In this document: positions 30,328-39,072 of the stretch, one piece after another | Layout: the number at the start of each line of letters is the position of its first letter | Position numbering within the stretch: position 1 is the stretch's first letter | Translations under genes and position numbers: made by a program | From: an uncultured Gammaproteobacteria bacterium | GTDB taxonomy: Bacteria; Patescibacteriota; Microgenomatia; Levybacterales; GWA1-39-11 | Assembly: GCA_964472415.1 (NCBI GenBank) | Contig: CAYYLC010000002.1 | Location: 164,783 to 228,782, forward strand | Reading direction: 5' to 3' | DNA: 64,000 nucleotides | The notes under the pieces: generated by a model | What the model was told of the DNA's origin: nothing | Database searches by the model: none | What the model saw: only the letters and a program-made list of their open reading frames with translations

Positions 30328-30517
30328 TTTTGAAGCGGAACGCATTTTAATTCTGAGTAGTAAAATGCGTAAGTGAACACTTTTTAAAACTCTTCGCAAA
30401 ATTGATCTAAGAATTTATAAAGAAATAGTATGTGAATTATAAGTTACTCTAAGAAATTATCCAAGCCATTTCTGAAAAATTCCTTTTTTCAGCGTGAAAT
30501 GGTAGAATATACAATCT

Positions 30518-30590
30518 GGCTGGGTAGCTCAGTGGTTAGAGCAGAGTCTTCATAAGGCTAAGGTCGTGAGTTCAAATCTCACCCCAGCTA
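30518..30590 (+). tRNA. tRNA with CAT anticodon (probably elongator Met; Ile2 not excluded)
   Basis: GGCTGGG TAGCTCAGTGGTTAGAGC...TTCATAA...GTTCAAATC...CCCAGCT A. Confidence 0.9.
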
Positions 30591-30610
30591 CAAGGTTTTA
30601 ATTTTTCTTC

Positions 30611-31396
30611 ATGGATACTAGACCGATTGGTGTATTTGATTCAGGAGTCGGTGGACTTTCTGTATATCGAGAGTTAAAGAAGCTTCTTCCTCATGAACAG
30701 GTTATATATCTTTGTGACCAGAAAAATGTTCCTTATGGGGCAAAAACAAAAGAGCAAATTCTCTCCTACACAGATCAATCTATGCAGTTTTTCCTCAAGC
30801 GTAATGTGAAACTTGTGGTGATTGCTTGTAATACGGCAACAATTTATGCGATAGATGCAATGCGAGAAAGATACCCGATTTTATTTGTAGGAACTGTTCC
30901 TATGATAAAACAGCTCAAAAATTATACAAAAACAAAAAAAGCTGCAGTTCTTTGTACTCCAGCGACAGCAAAAAGTGAATACTTAAAGAAACTTATTGAA
31001 GAATATGCCGATGGGATAGAGGTCAAAGTTATTGGTGGAAGTAATCTTGAGCAGTTTGTAGAGCGGGGGAATTTGGATAATCTGCGTATCTATAATTTAC
31101 TCGTGACATTGCTCAATCCGCTTCTCGAAAAAAATATAGATACATTGGCGTTAAGTTGTACACATTATCCTTTTTTGCGTCCTCAGATAGCAAAAATTGC
31201 TGGAAGTAGAGTGCATATATTAGATTCAGGAAATGCTATTGCAAGGCACACAAAAGAGATTTTAAGAGCTGGGAATCTTTTATCAGAAAATGGGCAGAAA
31301 GACCTTTTTTATACTACCGGAGATATGAAAAAATTTAGAATTGTTGCGGAAGAATTATTGGGTAGTACAATAGAAGGAGAAAAAGCATATGTCTAA
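30611..31396 (+). CDS. murI: Glutamate racemase
   Basis: FDSGVGGLS, PYG, ACNTAT, CTHYP. Confidence 0.96.
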   Translation: MDTRPIGVFDSGVGGLSVYRELKKLLPHEQVIYLCDQKNVPYGAKTKEQILSYTDQSMQFFLKRNVKLVVIACNTATIYAIDAMRERYPILFVGTVPMIKQLKNYTKTKKAAVLCTPATAKSEYLKKLIEEYADGIEVKVIGGSNLEQFVERGNLDNLRIYNLLVTLLNPLLEKNIDTLALSCTHYPFLRPQIAKIAGSRVHILDSGNAIARHTKEILRAGNLLSENGQKDLFYTTGDMKKFRIVAEELLGSTIEGEKAYV

Positions 31397-32765
31397 CACG
31401 CAAGAATTTAATATTCGGTCAATAGGAGACTTGCAGGGTAAAAGTATTCTCATTCTGGGTTTTGGGATAGAGGGTAAAAGTATTGCAGGATATTTATCCA
31501 AAAATAATATCTCCTTTTCTGTATATGATAAAAATCTCGAGAAAAAGCAGGAGTTAGAAAGTATTTCTCATGCGACATTTGTTTCCAAGGAGGACTTCCA
31601 GCAGTTTGAAGTAATAATTCGTTCACCCGGCATTCATCCTGATGCTCAGATCTTAAAAACTGTCTCTGAAAATGCGCTCATAACTTCTAGTACAAAATTA
31701 TTTTTTGATCTTTCGCCCACAAAGCAAATTATTGGCGTAACAGGTACAAAGGGGAAGGGGACGACTTCAACACTTATTTGCGAGATGCTGCAAGAGTATG
31801 GTGAGGATGTATATTTAGGAGGGAATATTGGGAAAGCACCATTTGATTTTATTGATAGTTTGGATCAGGATTCTTGGGTGGTTTTAGAAATGTCTTCATT
31901 TCAACTTATTGATCTTCACAAGAGTCCATATATTGCAGTTATGCTGATGACGACATCAGAGCATTTGAATTACCACAAAGACATTTATGAATATGTTGAG
32001 GCAAAACGAAACATTTTTCGGTTCCAAAATGAAGACAGCTTTGCAATTGTGAACCAGGATTATCCTGCAAGTAGTGAGTCTGATCTGGCAGGGGAAGCGA
32101 AGGTGTATAAAATTAGTCGAGATCAGGAAGTTTTTGATGAAGGTTGTTATATAAAAAATGATACAGTAATACTCAAAATTAATGGGAAGATAAAAGAAGT
32201 TCTTAAAGCAGAGAGGATAAAGCTCCCAGGAAAGCATAACCAGGAAAATGTATGTGCGGCAGTTCTTGCAGCGTCTCTTGCGGGTGTAGATATGGATTCT
32301 ATAAAACATGTACTTAGTACATTTACGGGGCTTGAGCATAGGATAGAGTTTGTCGCAAATATCCAGGGGGTCATGTATTACGATGATTCTTTCTCCACTA
32401 CTCCTGAAACGGCAATTGCTGCAATTGAGAGCTTTTCTCAGCAGAAAATACTTATTCTCGGTGGAGCAAGTAAGAATTCTGATTTTACCGATCTTGGTAA
32501 GACGATCTCGAATTCGAATTCAATCAAAGTAATTATTGGGATTGGTGAGGAGTGGCAGCATATAAAAGAGGTAATTGAAAATCCACATATTCAATTTATT
32601 GAAGGTTGTGAGACGATGGAGGAGATTGTGCATGAGGCGTCGAGGCGAGCTGATGTGGGAGATGTAGTGGTTCTTTCTCCTGCTTGCGCAAGTTTCGGGA
32701 TGTTTCAGAATTATAAAGATCGAGGAGATCAGTTCAAAAAGGCAGTGAGAAATTTGACAAATTAA
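31389..32765 (+). CDS. murD: UDP-N-acetylmuramoyl-L-alanine--D-glutamate ligase
   Basis: RSPGI, GTKGKGTT, GGNIG, EMSSFQL, LEHRIE, LSPACASFGMF. Confidence 0.96.
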   Translation: MSNTQEFNIRSIGDLQGKSILILGFGIEGKSIAGYLSKNNISFSVYDKNLEKKQELESISHATFVSKEDFQQFEVIIRSPGIHPDAQILKTVSENALITSSTKLFFDLSPTKQIIGVTGTKGKGTTSTLICEMLQEYGEDVYLGGNIGKAPFDFIDSLDQDSWVVLEMSSFQLIDLHKSPYIAVMLMTTSEHLNYHKDIYEYVEAKRNIFRFQNEDSFAIVNQDYPASSESDLAGEAKVYKISRDQEVFDEGCYIKNDTVILKINGKIKEVLKAERIKLPGKHNQENVCAAVLAASLAGVDMDSIKHVLSTFTGLEHRIEFVANIQGVMYYDDSFSTTPETAIAAIESFSQQKILILGGASKNSDFTDLGKTISNSNSIKVIIGIGEEWQHIKEVIENPHIQFIEGCETMEEIVHEASRRADVGDVVVLSPACASFGMFQNYKDRGDQFKKAVRNLTN

Positions 32766-32782
32766 TTTCTCTTCATTATACT
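32754..32782 (+). promoter_or_regulatory. Sigma70 promoter driving the T-box leader
   Basis: TTGACA (32754-32759), 17-nt spacer, TATACT (32777-32782); predicted start near 32789. Confidence 0.8.
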
Positions 32783-32788
32783 TTCACA

Positions 32789-33029
32789 ACAAAGCTATGA
32801 TTCGGAGGGATGGAACCGAGGAGCTGGGGCTTAAATTACCCACGGAGACGAAACCGTAAAAGACTGTAGCGAGTGTCGGATAAGTTTCGGAGCTCGTCAT
32901 GAATAAGATCTGCATGACGTGCTTCCCCAGGGAAGCATTTTTTGTAAGAGAGCACAAGGTGGCACCGCCGATCCTGTAAGGCCCTTGTAAGATTTCAATG
33001 CATGTTGGAGTTTTACAAGGGCTTTTTTT
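32789..33029 (+). ncRNA. T-box riboswitch (transcriptional, predicted tRNA-Trp-sensing, ultrashort Stem I)
   Basis: K-turn Stem I AGC-TAT-GA-TTCGG-[AGGGATGGAA]-CCGAG-GA-GCT; antiterminator ACAAGG-TGGCACC-GCC...GGC-CCTTGT; overlapping terminator; trpS lies downstream. Confidence 0.85.
32981..33029 (+). terminator. Intrinsic terminator of the T-box leader
   Basis: GCCCTTGTAAGATTTCAA...TTGGAGTTTTACAAGGGC followed by T7; mutually exclusive with the antiterminator. Confidence 0.88.
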
Positions 33030-33050
33030 GTTGGAAGGAGGTGAAAAATA

Positions 33051-33290
33051 ATGATAGAACGGTATAGATTTGAATTATCGAAAATAACTGAGGAATTTGA
33101 AGTTAGTGAGATTTTTAATACAAATGGCGAGAATATAGGGATGGGTGTAAAAGGTCGTAGCCCATCAAGGGATGGTTCTCTGCGCGATGCAGGAGTTGAA
33201 GTGTTTGGACTGTATATGGATGCAGCAGGAGAATCTCTATGTTCTGAAATAGAACTCGTGCCTGGAGAGAGTAAAAATATCACTGAATAA
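33051..33290 (+). CDS. Small acidic hypothetical protein directly downstream of the T-box
   Basis: 79-aa ORF with strong SD (AAGGAGGTGA) just upstream; no recognised family. Confidence 0.75.
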   Translation: MIERYRFELSKITEEFEVSEIFNTNGENIGMGVKGRSPSRDGSLRDAGVEVFGLYMDAAGESLCSEIELVPGESKNITE

Positions 33291-33332
33291 TTGAAATTGG
33301 TTAATTTAGGCTTACAATAGTAGAATATAACT

Positions 33333-34310
33333 ATGAAAAAGAGAGTTTTGTCAGGGATTAGGGCTACAGGAAGACTTCATCTAGGAAACTATTTGGGAGC
33401 TGTAAAAGGTATGCTTGAGCTTCAGAACAGTGAAGAATATGAGACATATTATATGGTTGCAGACGTGCATACTATTACAACTCCCTATAGTGTTGAAGAT
33501 TTGAGGAAAAATAGACGAGAAGTAATTCTTGACTATCTTGCTGTAGGGCTTGATCCGGAAAAATCAGTTATATTTCAGCAATCAGAAATTCCAGAGCATT
33601 TAGAGCTATCATTTTATCTCTCGTCTGTAGTAACTGTTGCAAAGATGCAACATCTTCCGACATTTAAGGATAAGGTAAAGCAATATCCACAAAATGCGAC
33701 AATGGCACTTTTAAATTATCCGATTCTCATGAGTGCTGATATTTTGATTTACAAGGGAGAGTTGGTGCCGGTAGGAATTGATCAGGAGCCACATCTAGAA
33801 GTTGCAAGGGAAATTGCAAGACGTTTTAATCAAGATTATGGAACAGATTTAGCTGAACCGCAGCGATTTAAAACTCAGGGAGAATATGTCCCGAGTCTTA
33901 CTGGGGAAGGTAAGATGAGCAAGAGTATTGAGGGGAGTTATATAAATTTGACCGATAATCTAGAAGAGATTACGGCAAAAGTTGCAAAGATACCAACTGA
34001 TAGCGGGAAAGGTGAATCGATAGAGGGTGGAGTAAAAAGCCTGTTTGAGCTTGTTGGACTATTCCAAGGGAAAGAAGAAAAAGACGAGTACGAAACTCTG
34101 TATAAAAATGGAGGAGTTCGGTATGGAGATATTAAAGCATCTCTTTCTGAGGCCATCTTTAATGAATTAAGACCTATCCAAGAGAAAAGAGCAGAATTTG
34201 AGGGCGATCCAGATCTTGTGGACAGGATAATTTCTGAAGGAAATGAGGAAGCGAGGCGGGTTGCAAAAAGGACTATGGAAGAAGTTAGGAAAAAAATGGG
34301 GCTTTTATAA
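33333..34310 (+). CDS. trpS: Tryptophan--tRNA ligase
   Basis: SGIRATGRLHLGNYLG, YPILMSADIL, VPVGIDQEPHLE, KMSKS. Confidence 0.97.
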   Translation: MKKRVLSGIRATGRLHLGNYLGAVKGMLELQNSEEYETYYMVADVHTITTPYSVEDLRKNRREVILDYLAVGLDPEKSVIFQQSEIPEHLELSFYLSSVVTVAKMQHLPTFKDKVKQYPQNATMALLNYPILMSADILIYKGELVPVGIDQEPHLEVAREIARRFNQDYGTDLAEPQRFKTQGEYVPSLTGEGKMSKSIEGSYINLTDNLEEITAKVAKIPTDSGKGESIEGGVKSLFELVGLFQGKEEKDEYETLYKNGGVRYGDIKASLSEAIFNELRPIQEKRAEFEGDPDLVDRIISEGNEEARRVAKRTMEEVRKKMGLL

Positions 34311-34312
34311 TC

Positions 34313-34591
34313 ATGAAGCAGCTTTATATTTTAGTTTCTGGATTTGTTCAGGGTGTAGGATTTAGAGCCTTTACCGTAAAAAAAGCGAAAAAGCTTGGCT
34401 TGACTGGGTTTGCTAGGAACTTAATTGATGGGAGAGTGGAGATACGCGTTCAAGGTGAGGAAGATAAATTGCGTGAGCTCCTGGTTCATGTAAAAAAAGG
34501 GTCATATTTCTCTCAAGTTAAAAACGTTTTAGTAAAAGAGGAAAAGATTACGGAAAAATTCGTGGATATGATTAAGGAAAAAACTATATGA
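34313..34591 (+). CDS. acyP: Acylphosphatase
   Basis: VSGFVQGVGFR, GFARNLIDGRVE. Confidence 0.93.
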   Translation: MKQLYILVSGFVQGVGFRAFTVKKAKKLGLTGFARNLIDGRVEIRVQGEEDKLRELLVHVKKGSYFSQVKNVLVKEEKITEKFVDMIKEKTI

Positions 34592-34836
34592 GAAGAGCAA
34601 TAATTTCATCAATCAAGTTTTATCAAAAGATTGATATTTTTAATTTGCCCGCGTTTAAAGCGCTGGTGATCTTTGATGCGTCATGCAAGTATAGTCCGAC
34701 GTGTTCTGATTATATGATTGGTGCAATAGGGGAATATGGGATTATGAGAGGGTTTTTATTGGGTTTGAAAAGAATAATTTCGTGTCATCCATTTTCTCAG
34801 GGTGGATTTGATCCTGTTCCGAGTAAGAAAGTTTAA
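34588..34836 (+). CDS. yidD: Membrane protein insertion efficiency factor
   Basis: CKYSPTCSDY, RIISCHPFSQGGFDPVP. Confidence 0.93.
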   Translation: MRRAIISSIKFYQKIDIFNLPAFKALVIFDASCKYSPTCSDYMIGAIGEYGIMRGFLLGLKRIISCHPFSQGGFDPVPSKKV

Positions 34837-34912
34837 AATACAAGCTCAATTATGATATAATCACCTTTCTACAGTTTAAAGTAGGAGATCTGCTCTTCTG
34901 GGAACGATTTTA

Positions 34913-36799
34913 ATGAAACTGCAATCAAAAAACTCAAAAAATAAAGGGAAGTTTGGTATCAAATTCGGGTGGAAAGACCTGGTCCTTTACGGATCTTTGC
35001 TACTTTTTTTAATATTCATAACATATGGCTTAAGTGGTATGGGTGCTGGAGATAAACCTGAAGAGCTTCCTTTATCACAAGTAATTGCTGATGTAAGAGA
35101 GGAGAAGATAGAGGAAATCATTGTTTCTGACAGTAGCTTAGAAATCCGATACAATGATGGAACTGAGGCAATCAGTAATAAAGAAGCTGGCTCATCAATT
35201 TATGAGATACTGCAAAATGCACAAATAAGTACTCCCAGTGCAAATATAACGGTAAAAGATAATTCTGGAATGGATACAGTGATAGGGATTGCTGCTGCAT
35301 TTTTGCCAGTGCTTCTTATTATCGGGTTTTTCTTTTTTATCTTCCGTCAGGCACGAGGTGCTCAGGAGAATATATTTTCATTTGGAGGAAGCAAGGCAAA
35401 GGCGTTTAATAAAGTCTTCCCAAAAGTAACATTTGATGATGTTGCTGGAGCAGATGAGGCAAAGGAAGAAATGTTTGAGGTTGTAGATTTTCTGAAACAT
35501 CCGGAAAAATATCACAAGATCGGCGCTCGAACTCCAAAGGGAGTCTTACTCGTGGGACCTTCTGGGACAGGAAAAACGCTTTTGGCTCGTGCGGTTGCTG
35601 GAGAAGCAAAAGTCGCATTCTTTTCAATTGCTGGATCTGAATTTATGGAGATGTTAGTAGGAGTTGGGGCTGCACGTGTTCGTGATTTGTTTAGTAATGC
35701 GAAAAAAGCACAGCCTGCGATAATTTTTATTGATGAAGTTGATGCGATCGGGCGTGCGCGAGGGAATGGTATGATGGGTGGACATGATGAGCGTGAGCAA
35801 ACGCTAAATCAAATTTTAGTTGAGATGGATGGATTTACTCCTCGAGAGCAAATAGTCGTTATCGCTGCAACGAACAGGCCAGATATTTTAGATAATGCGT
35901 TAGTCCGTCCTGGTAGATTTGATAGGAGAATTGTTGTTCCATATCCAGATATAGAGGGAAGGCGAGAGATTATAAAAATTCACTCAAAGGGAAAGCCATT
36001 TAAAAAATCGGTGAATTGGGAGTCTGTTGCGAAGCGTACCGTAGGATTTACTGGAGCAGATCTTGAGAATATGTTGAATGAGGCAGCAATTTTGGCAGCT
36101 CGACATGCAAAAACTGAAATTGACGAACATGATATTGAGGAAGCTGCAACAAAGGTAAAGCTGGGACCTCAAAAAAGAAGACTACAATCTGAGCATGACA
36201 AGAAAATTACTGCATATCACGAGGCAGGACACGCGATCGTTAGCTATGCAATGCCAAACGCGGATCCGGTTCATAGAATTTCTATTGTGGGCCGTGGAAT
36301 GAGTTTGGGGCATACCCTTATTCCGCCAAGTCATGATCGAGTACATGAGACAAAAACACGACTCCTTGAACAAATTGCGACAATGCTTGGAGGACGGGCT
36401 GCTGAAGAGATGATCTTTACAAAAAATGACATCACTACAGGAGCAGCTGACGATATAGAGAAAGCAACCAATCTTGCCCGTACTATGGTAGTAGAATATG
36501 GAATGAGTAATATCGGTCCTATAAACCTAGATTATGAGAAATCATCTACCATGTATGGTGAAAAGACAAAGCTTTCAGAAAACATGCAGGCAAAGATAGA
36601 CAGTGAAGTAATGAGAATCATAGATGAAGGAATGAGGCGAGCAGTTGAAGGATTGAAGAAAAATAGAGAGAATTTAGATAATGTAGCGACAGCACTTTTG
36701 AAGAAAGAAACGTTGGAGTCAGATGAATTCATAAAAATTATGAAAGGTGAAATTAAAAAAAATGCTCCAAAGAAAATAGCCGCAAGCAAGAGATTATAA
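34913..36799 (+). CDS. ftsH: ATP-dependent zinc metalloprotease FtsH
   Basis: Two TM segments; [27 protein letters not shown]. Confidence 0.98.
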   Translation: MKLQSKNSKNKGKFGIKFGWKDLVLYGSLLLFLIFITYGLSGMGAGDKPEELPLSQVIADVREEKIEEIIVSDSSLEIRYNDGTEAISNKEAGSSIYEILQNAQISTPSANITVKDNSGMDTVIGIAAAFLPVLLIIGFFFFIFRQARGAQENIFSFGGSKAKAFNKVFPKVTFDDVAGADEAKEEMFEVVDFLKHPEKYHKIGARTPKGVLLVGPSGTGKTLLARAVAGEAKVAFFSIAGSEFMEMLVGVGAARVRDLFSNAKKAQPAIIFIDEVDAIGRARGNGMMGGHDEREQTLNQILVEMDGFTPREQIVVIAATNRPDILDNALVRPGRFDRRIVVPYPDIEGRREIIKIHSKGKPFKKSVNWESVAKRTVGFTGADLENMLNEAAILAARHAKTEIDEHDIEEAATKVKLGPQKRRLQSEHDKKITAYHEAGHAIVSYAMPNADPVHRISIVGRGMSLGHTLIPPSHDRVHETKTRLLEQIATMLGGRAAEEMIFTKNDITTGAADDIEKATNLARTMVVEYGMSNIGPINLDYEKSSTMYGEKTKLSENMQAKIDSEVMRIIDEGMRRAVEGLKKNRENLDNVATALLKKETLESDEFIKIMKGEIKKNAPKKIAASKRL

Positions 36800-36835
36800 A
36801 TTCCACAGAATAAGCTGATATACTAAAAGTGTCCT

Positions 36836-39004
36836 ATGCAAGAATTAACGTATCTCCATATCCGAAATGCGAAAGATGATGAAACTACTATAGAATCTGC
36901 GACGCAAATTTTTGCCTCAGTTCTTTCAGCGCCCTATGTTTCACTATTTAAGCGGTTATTTAAAAAACCACCGATATTTTCCTTTGAGATTTTTCTTATA
37001 AAAAATAAAATTAATTTTTATGTTACTGTTCCTTCTGAGCACGCGCAATATATCTCAAGCTTAATTCTTTCCTCATACCCGGTTGCTTTTATTGCACGAA
37101 CTGATGATCCGATGGATAAGGTTCTCTCTGCTGCACATGTTTCAATAGGAGAAATGAAGCAAGCAGGAGCCTATTATTTACCAATCAAAACATATTCTGA
37201 TTTTTCTATAGATCCACTTGCATCTCTTATTGGATTTATGGCAAAGCAATCAGATGACGTTACGATGGCAATGCAAATTATTGTGACTCCTGCGTCATTT
37301 CCTTGGCAGGGAAACATCATGAGGCAGACTACTGAAGTGAAAAAGGGAGGAAATGAAGAAGGACCGTCTATTGAATATGCACTTCCAAAAGCTCAAATGA
37401 CAAAAAAGGCTTCATTTCAAGGTGGAAAGGTGATAATCAGGCTTGCTGTGGGATCAGACTCTGTTATTCCAACACCATTTTTGCATGATCTTGCTGGAAC
37501 GTTTGGGAGTTTCTCATTGGGAGAAGGAAATCAATTGATTCTCAAAAAACCGCTTGTTCGAAAGGGCGCATTTTTAACTCGGCTTAAGCAAAGAAAGAGT
37601 CCGGTATTTGAGAGGCGTTACCAAATTTTTAATTCACAAGAACTTGCGACTCTGTGGCATCCGCCAGGACTTCAGTTGGCAGGAATTAAGAATATTTCTT
37701 GGGGGAAGACATTGAAAGGCGAGCCGCCTGAGAATTTGCCAACTGCATTGGGTCTTACTGACGAAGAAAAAAGACAGATAAATTTCTTTGGCCAAACTGA
37801 ATTTAAAAATACTGAAACAATTTTTGGCGTGAAAGATGTAGATAGGAGAAAGCATGTATATATCATGGGGAAGACTGGCGCTGGAAAATCAACGCTAATT
37901 GCAAATATGGCAATTGATGATATACGAAAAGATAGAGGAATCGGGATCATAGATCCACATGGAGATTTGACTGAGCAAATCCTCGATTATATCCCCAAAA
38001 GGCGGCTCAATGATGTAGTGTATCTCGAACCATTTGATACTGAGCGACCATTCTCCTTAAATGTTTTGGAAATTAAAAACCAACAGCATAAAGATCTAAT
38101 TGCTTCAGGAATTGTGGGAATATTTGCAAAGATTTATGCGGACTCATGGGGACCACGACTCGAGTACATTCTGAGAAATACGATATTTTCCCTCCTCGAA
38201 ATTGAGGGGGCTACATTGATTGACGCACTCAGGATTCTTTCTGAAAAAAACTATCGTAATCGTGTAGTGCCGCAGATATCAGATCCTGTTATTAGAAATT
38301 TTTGGGACAATGAATTTGATAAAATGACGGATAAATTACGCGTTGAGGCGATTGCGCCAATTCAGAACAAGATCGGGCAGTTTGTTTCAAGTAAGATGAT
38401 CAGAAATATTATTGGCAGCCCGAAGTCTACTATCGATTTAGAGGAGATTATGAATGGAAAAAAGATATTGCTTCTTAATCTTTCGCAAGGAAAATTAGGG
38501 GAAGATAACGCGTCACTTCTGGGTGCGATGATTATTACTCAGATTCAGCTCGCTGCAATGAATCGGGCGTTTATGCGGGAAGAAGATCGTCAGGACTTTT
38601 TCCTGTATGTGGATGAGTTCCAAAATTTTGCAACAAGTTCATTTATAAAAATTCTTTCTGAGGCACGAAAGTACCGTCTTGCAATAACCCTTGCAAATCA
38701 GTATATTGACCAGCTTGATGTGACTATTCAGAAGGCAATATTTGGAAATGCGGGGACGCTCGTATCATTTGTGACGGGTGCAGGAGATGCAGCGCTTCTT
38801 CAGCAAGAATATGCAGGGATTTATACGCAGAATGATTTGGTTTCACTGGGAAAACACGAAATTGTTTTGAAGCTTTGTATTGATGGTATGTCTTCAAGTC
38901 CATTTCCCGCCAAAACTCTTCCACCACCAAGCTTAAAAAATGATAATCGCGAAACAATTATTCGGCTTTCAAAAGAACGCTATGGTCGAAAAGTTTCCCC
39001 GTAG
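36836..39004 (+). CDS. VirD4/TraD-like (HerA/FtsK superfamily) ATPase
   Basis: DRRKHVYIMGKTGAGKST, IDPHGDL, LYVDEFQNF, LSEARKY, ANQY. Confidence 0.85.
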   Translation: MQELTYLHIRNAKDDETTIESATQIFASVLSAPYVSLFKRLFKKPPIFSFEIFLIKNKINFYVTVPSEHAQYISSLILSSYPVAFIARTDDPMDKVLSAAHVSIGEMKQAGAYYLPIKTYSDFSIDPLASLIGFMAKQSDDVTMAMQIIVTPASFPWQGNIMRQTTEVKKGGNEEGPSIEYALPKAQMTKKASFQGGKVIIRLAVGSDSVIPTPFLHDLAGTFGSFSLGEGNQLILKKPLVRKGAFLTRLKQRKSPVFERRYQIFNSQELATLWHPPGLQLAGIKNISWGKTLKGEPPENLPTALGLTDEEKRQINFFGQTEFKNTETIFGVKDVDRRKHVYIMGKTGAGKSTLIANMAIDDIRKDRGIGIIDPHGDLTEQILDYIPKRRLNDVVYLEPFDTERPFSLNVLEIKNQQHKDLIASGIVGIFAKIYADSWGPRLEYILRNTIFSLLEIEGATLIDALRILSEKNYRNRVVPQISDPVIRNFWDNEFDKMTDKLRVEAIAPIQNKIGQFVSSKMIRNIIGSPKSTIDLEEIMNGKKILLLNLSQGKLGEDNASLLGAMIITQIQLAAMNRAFMREEDRQDFFLYVDEFQNFATSSFIKILSEARKYRLAITLANQYIDQLDVTIQKAIFGNAGTLVSFVTGAGDAALLQQEYAGIYTQNDLVSLGKHEIVLKLCIDGMSSSPFPAKTLPPPSLKNDNRETIIRLSKERYGRKVSP

Positions 39005-39072
39005 TTTGCAAAGCGCTGTTTTTCTTACCATTATTTTTCGACATTCTTCGAACTTCACGATATAATTGACCC

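Noticed and set aside
26185-30590. Tyrosine recombinase next to tRNA genes as a possible integrated element or prophage
   Set aside because: It looks like a housekeeping Xer; the neighbours are core genes; I saw no duplicated tRNA 3' end (att) and no phage or plasmid genes.
32810-32814. Gly (GGA) or Met (AUG) reading of the T-box specifier loop
   Set aside because: The antiterminator bulge UGGC requires discriminator G73, and the downstream gene is trpS; Trp fits both. Not excluded without an experiment.
32897-33283. 128-aa minus-strand ORF across the T-box and small ORF
   Set aside because: It is antisense to a structured leader and an SD-bearing ORF, with no recognisable motifs; treated as a shadow ORF.
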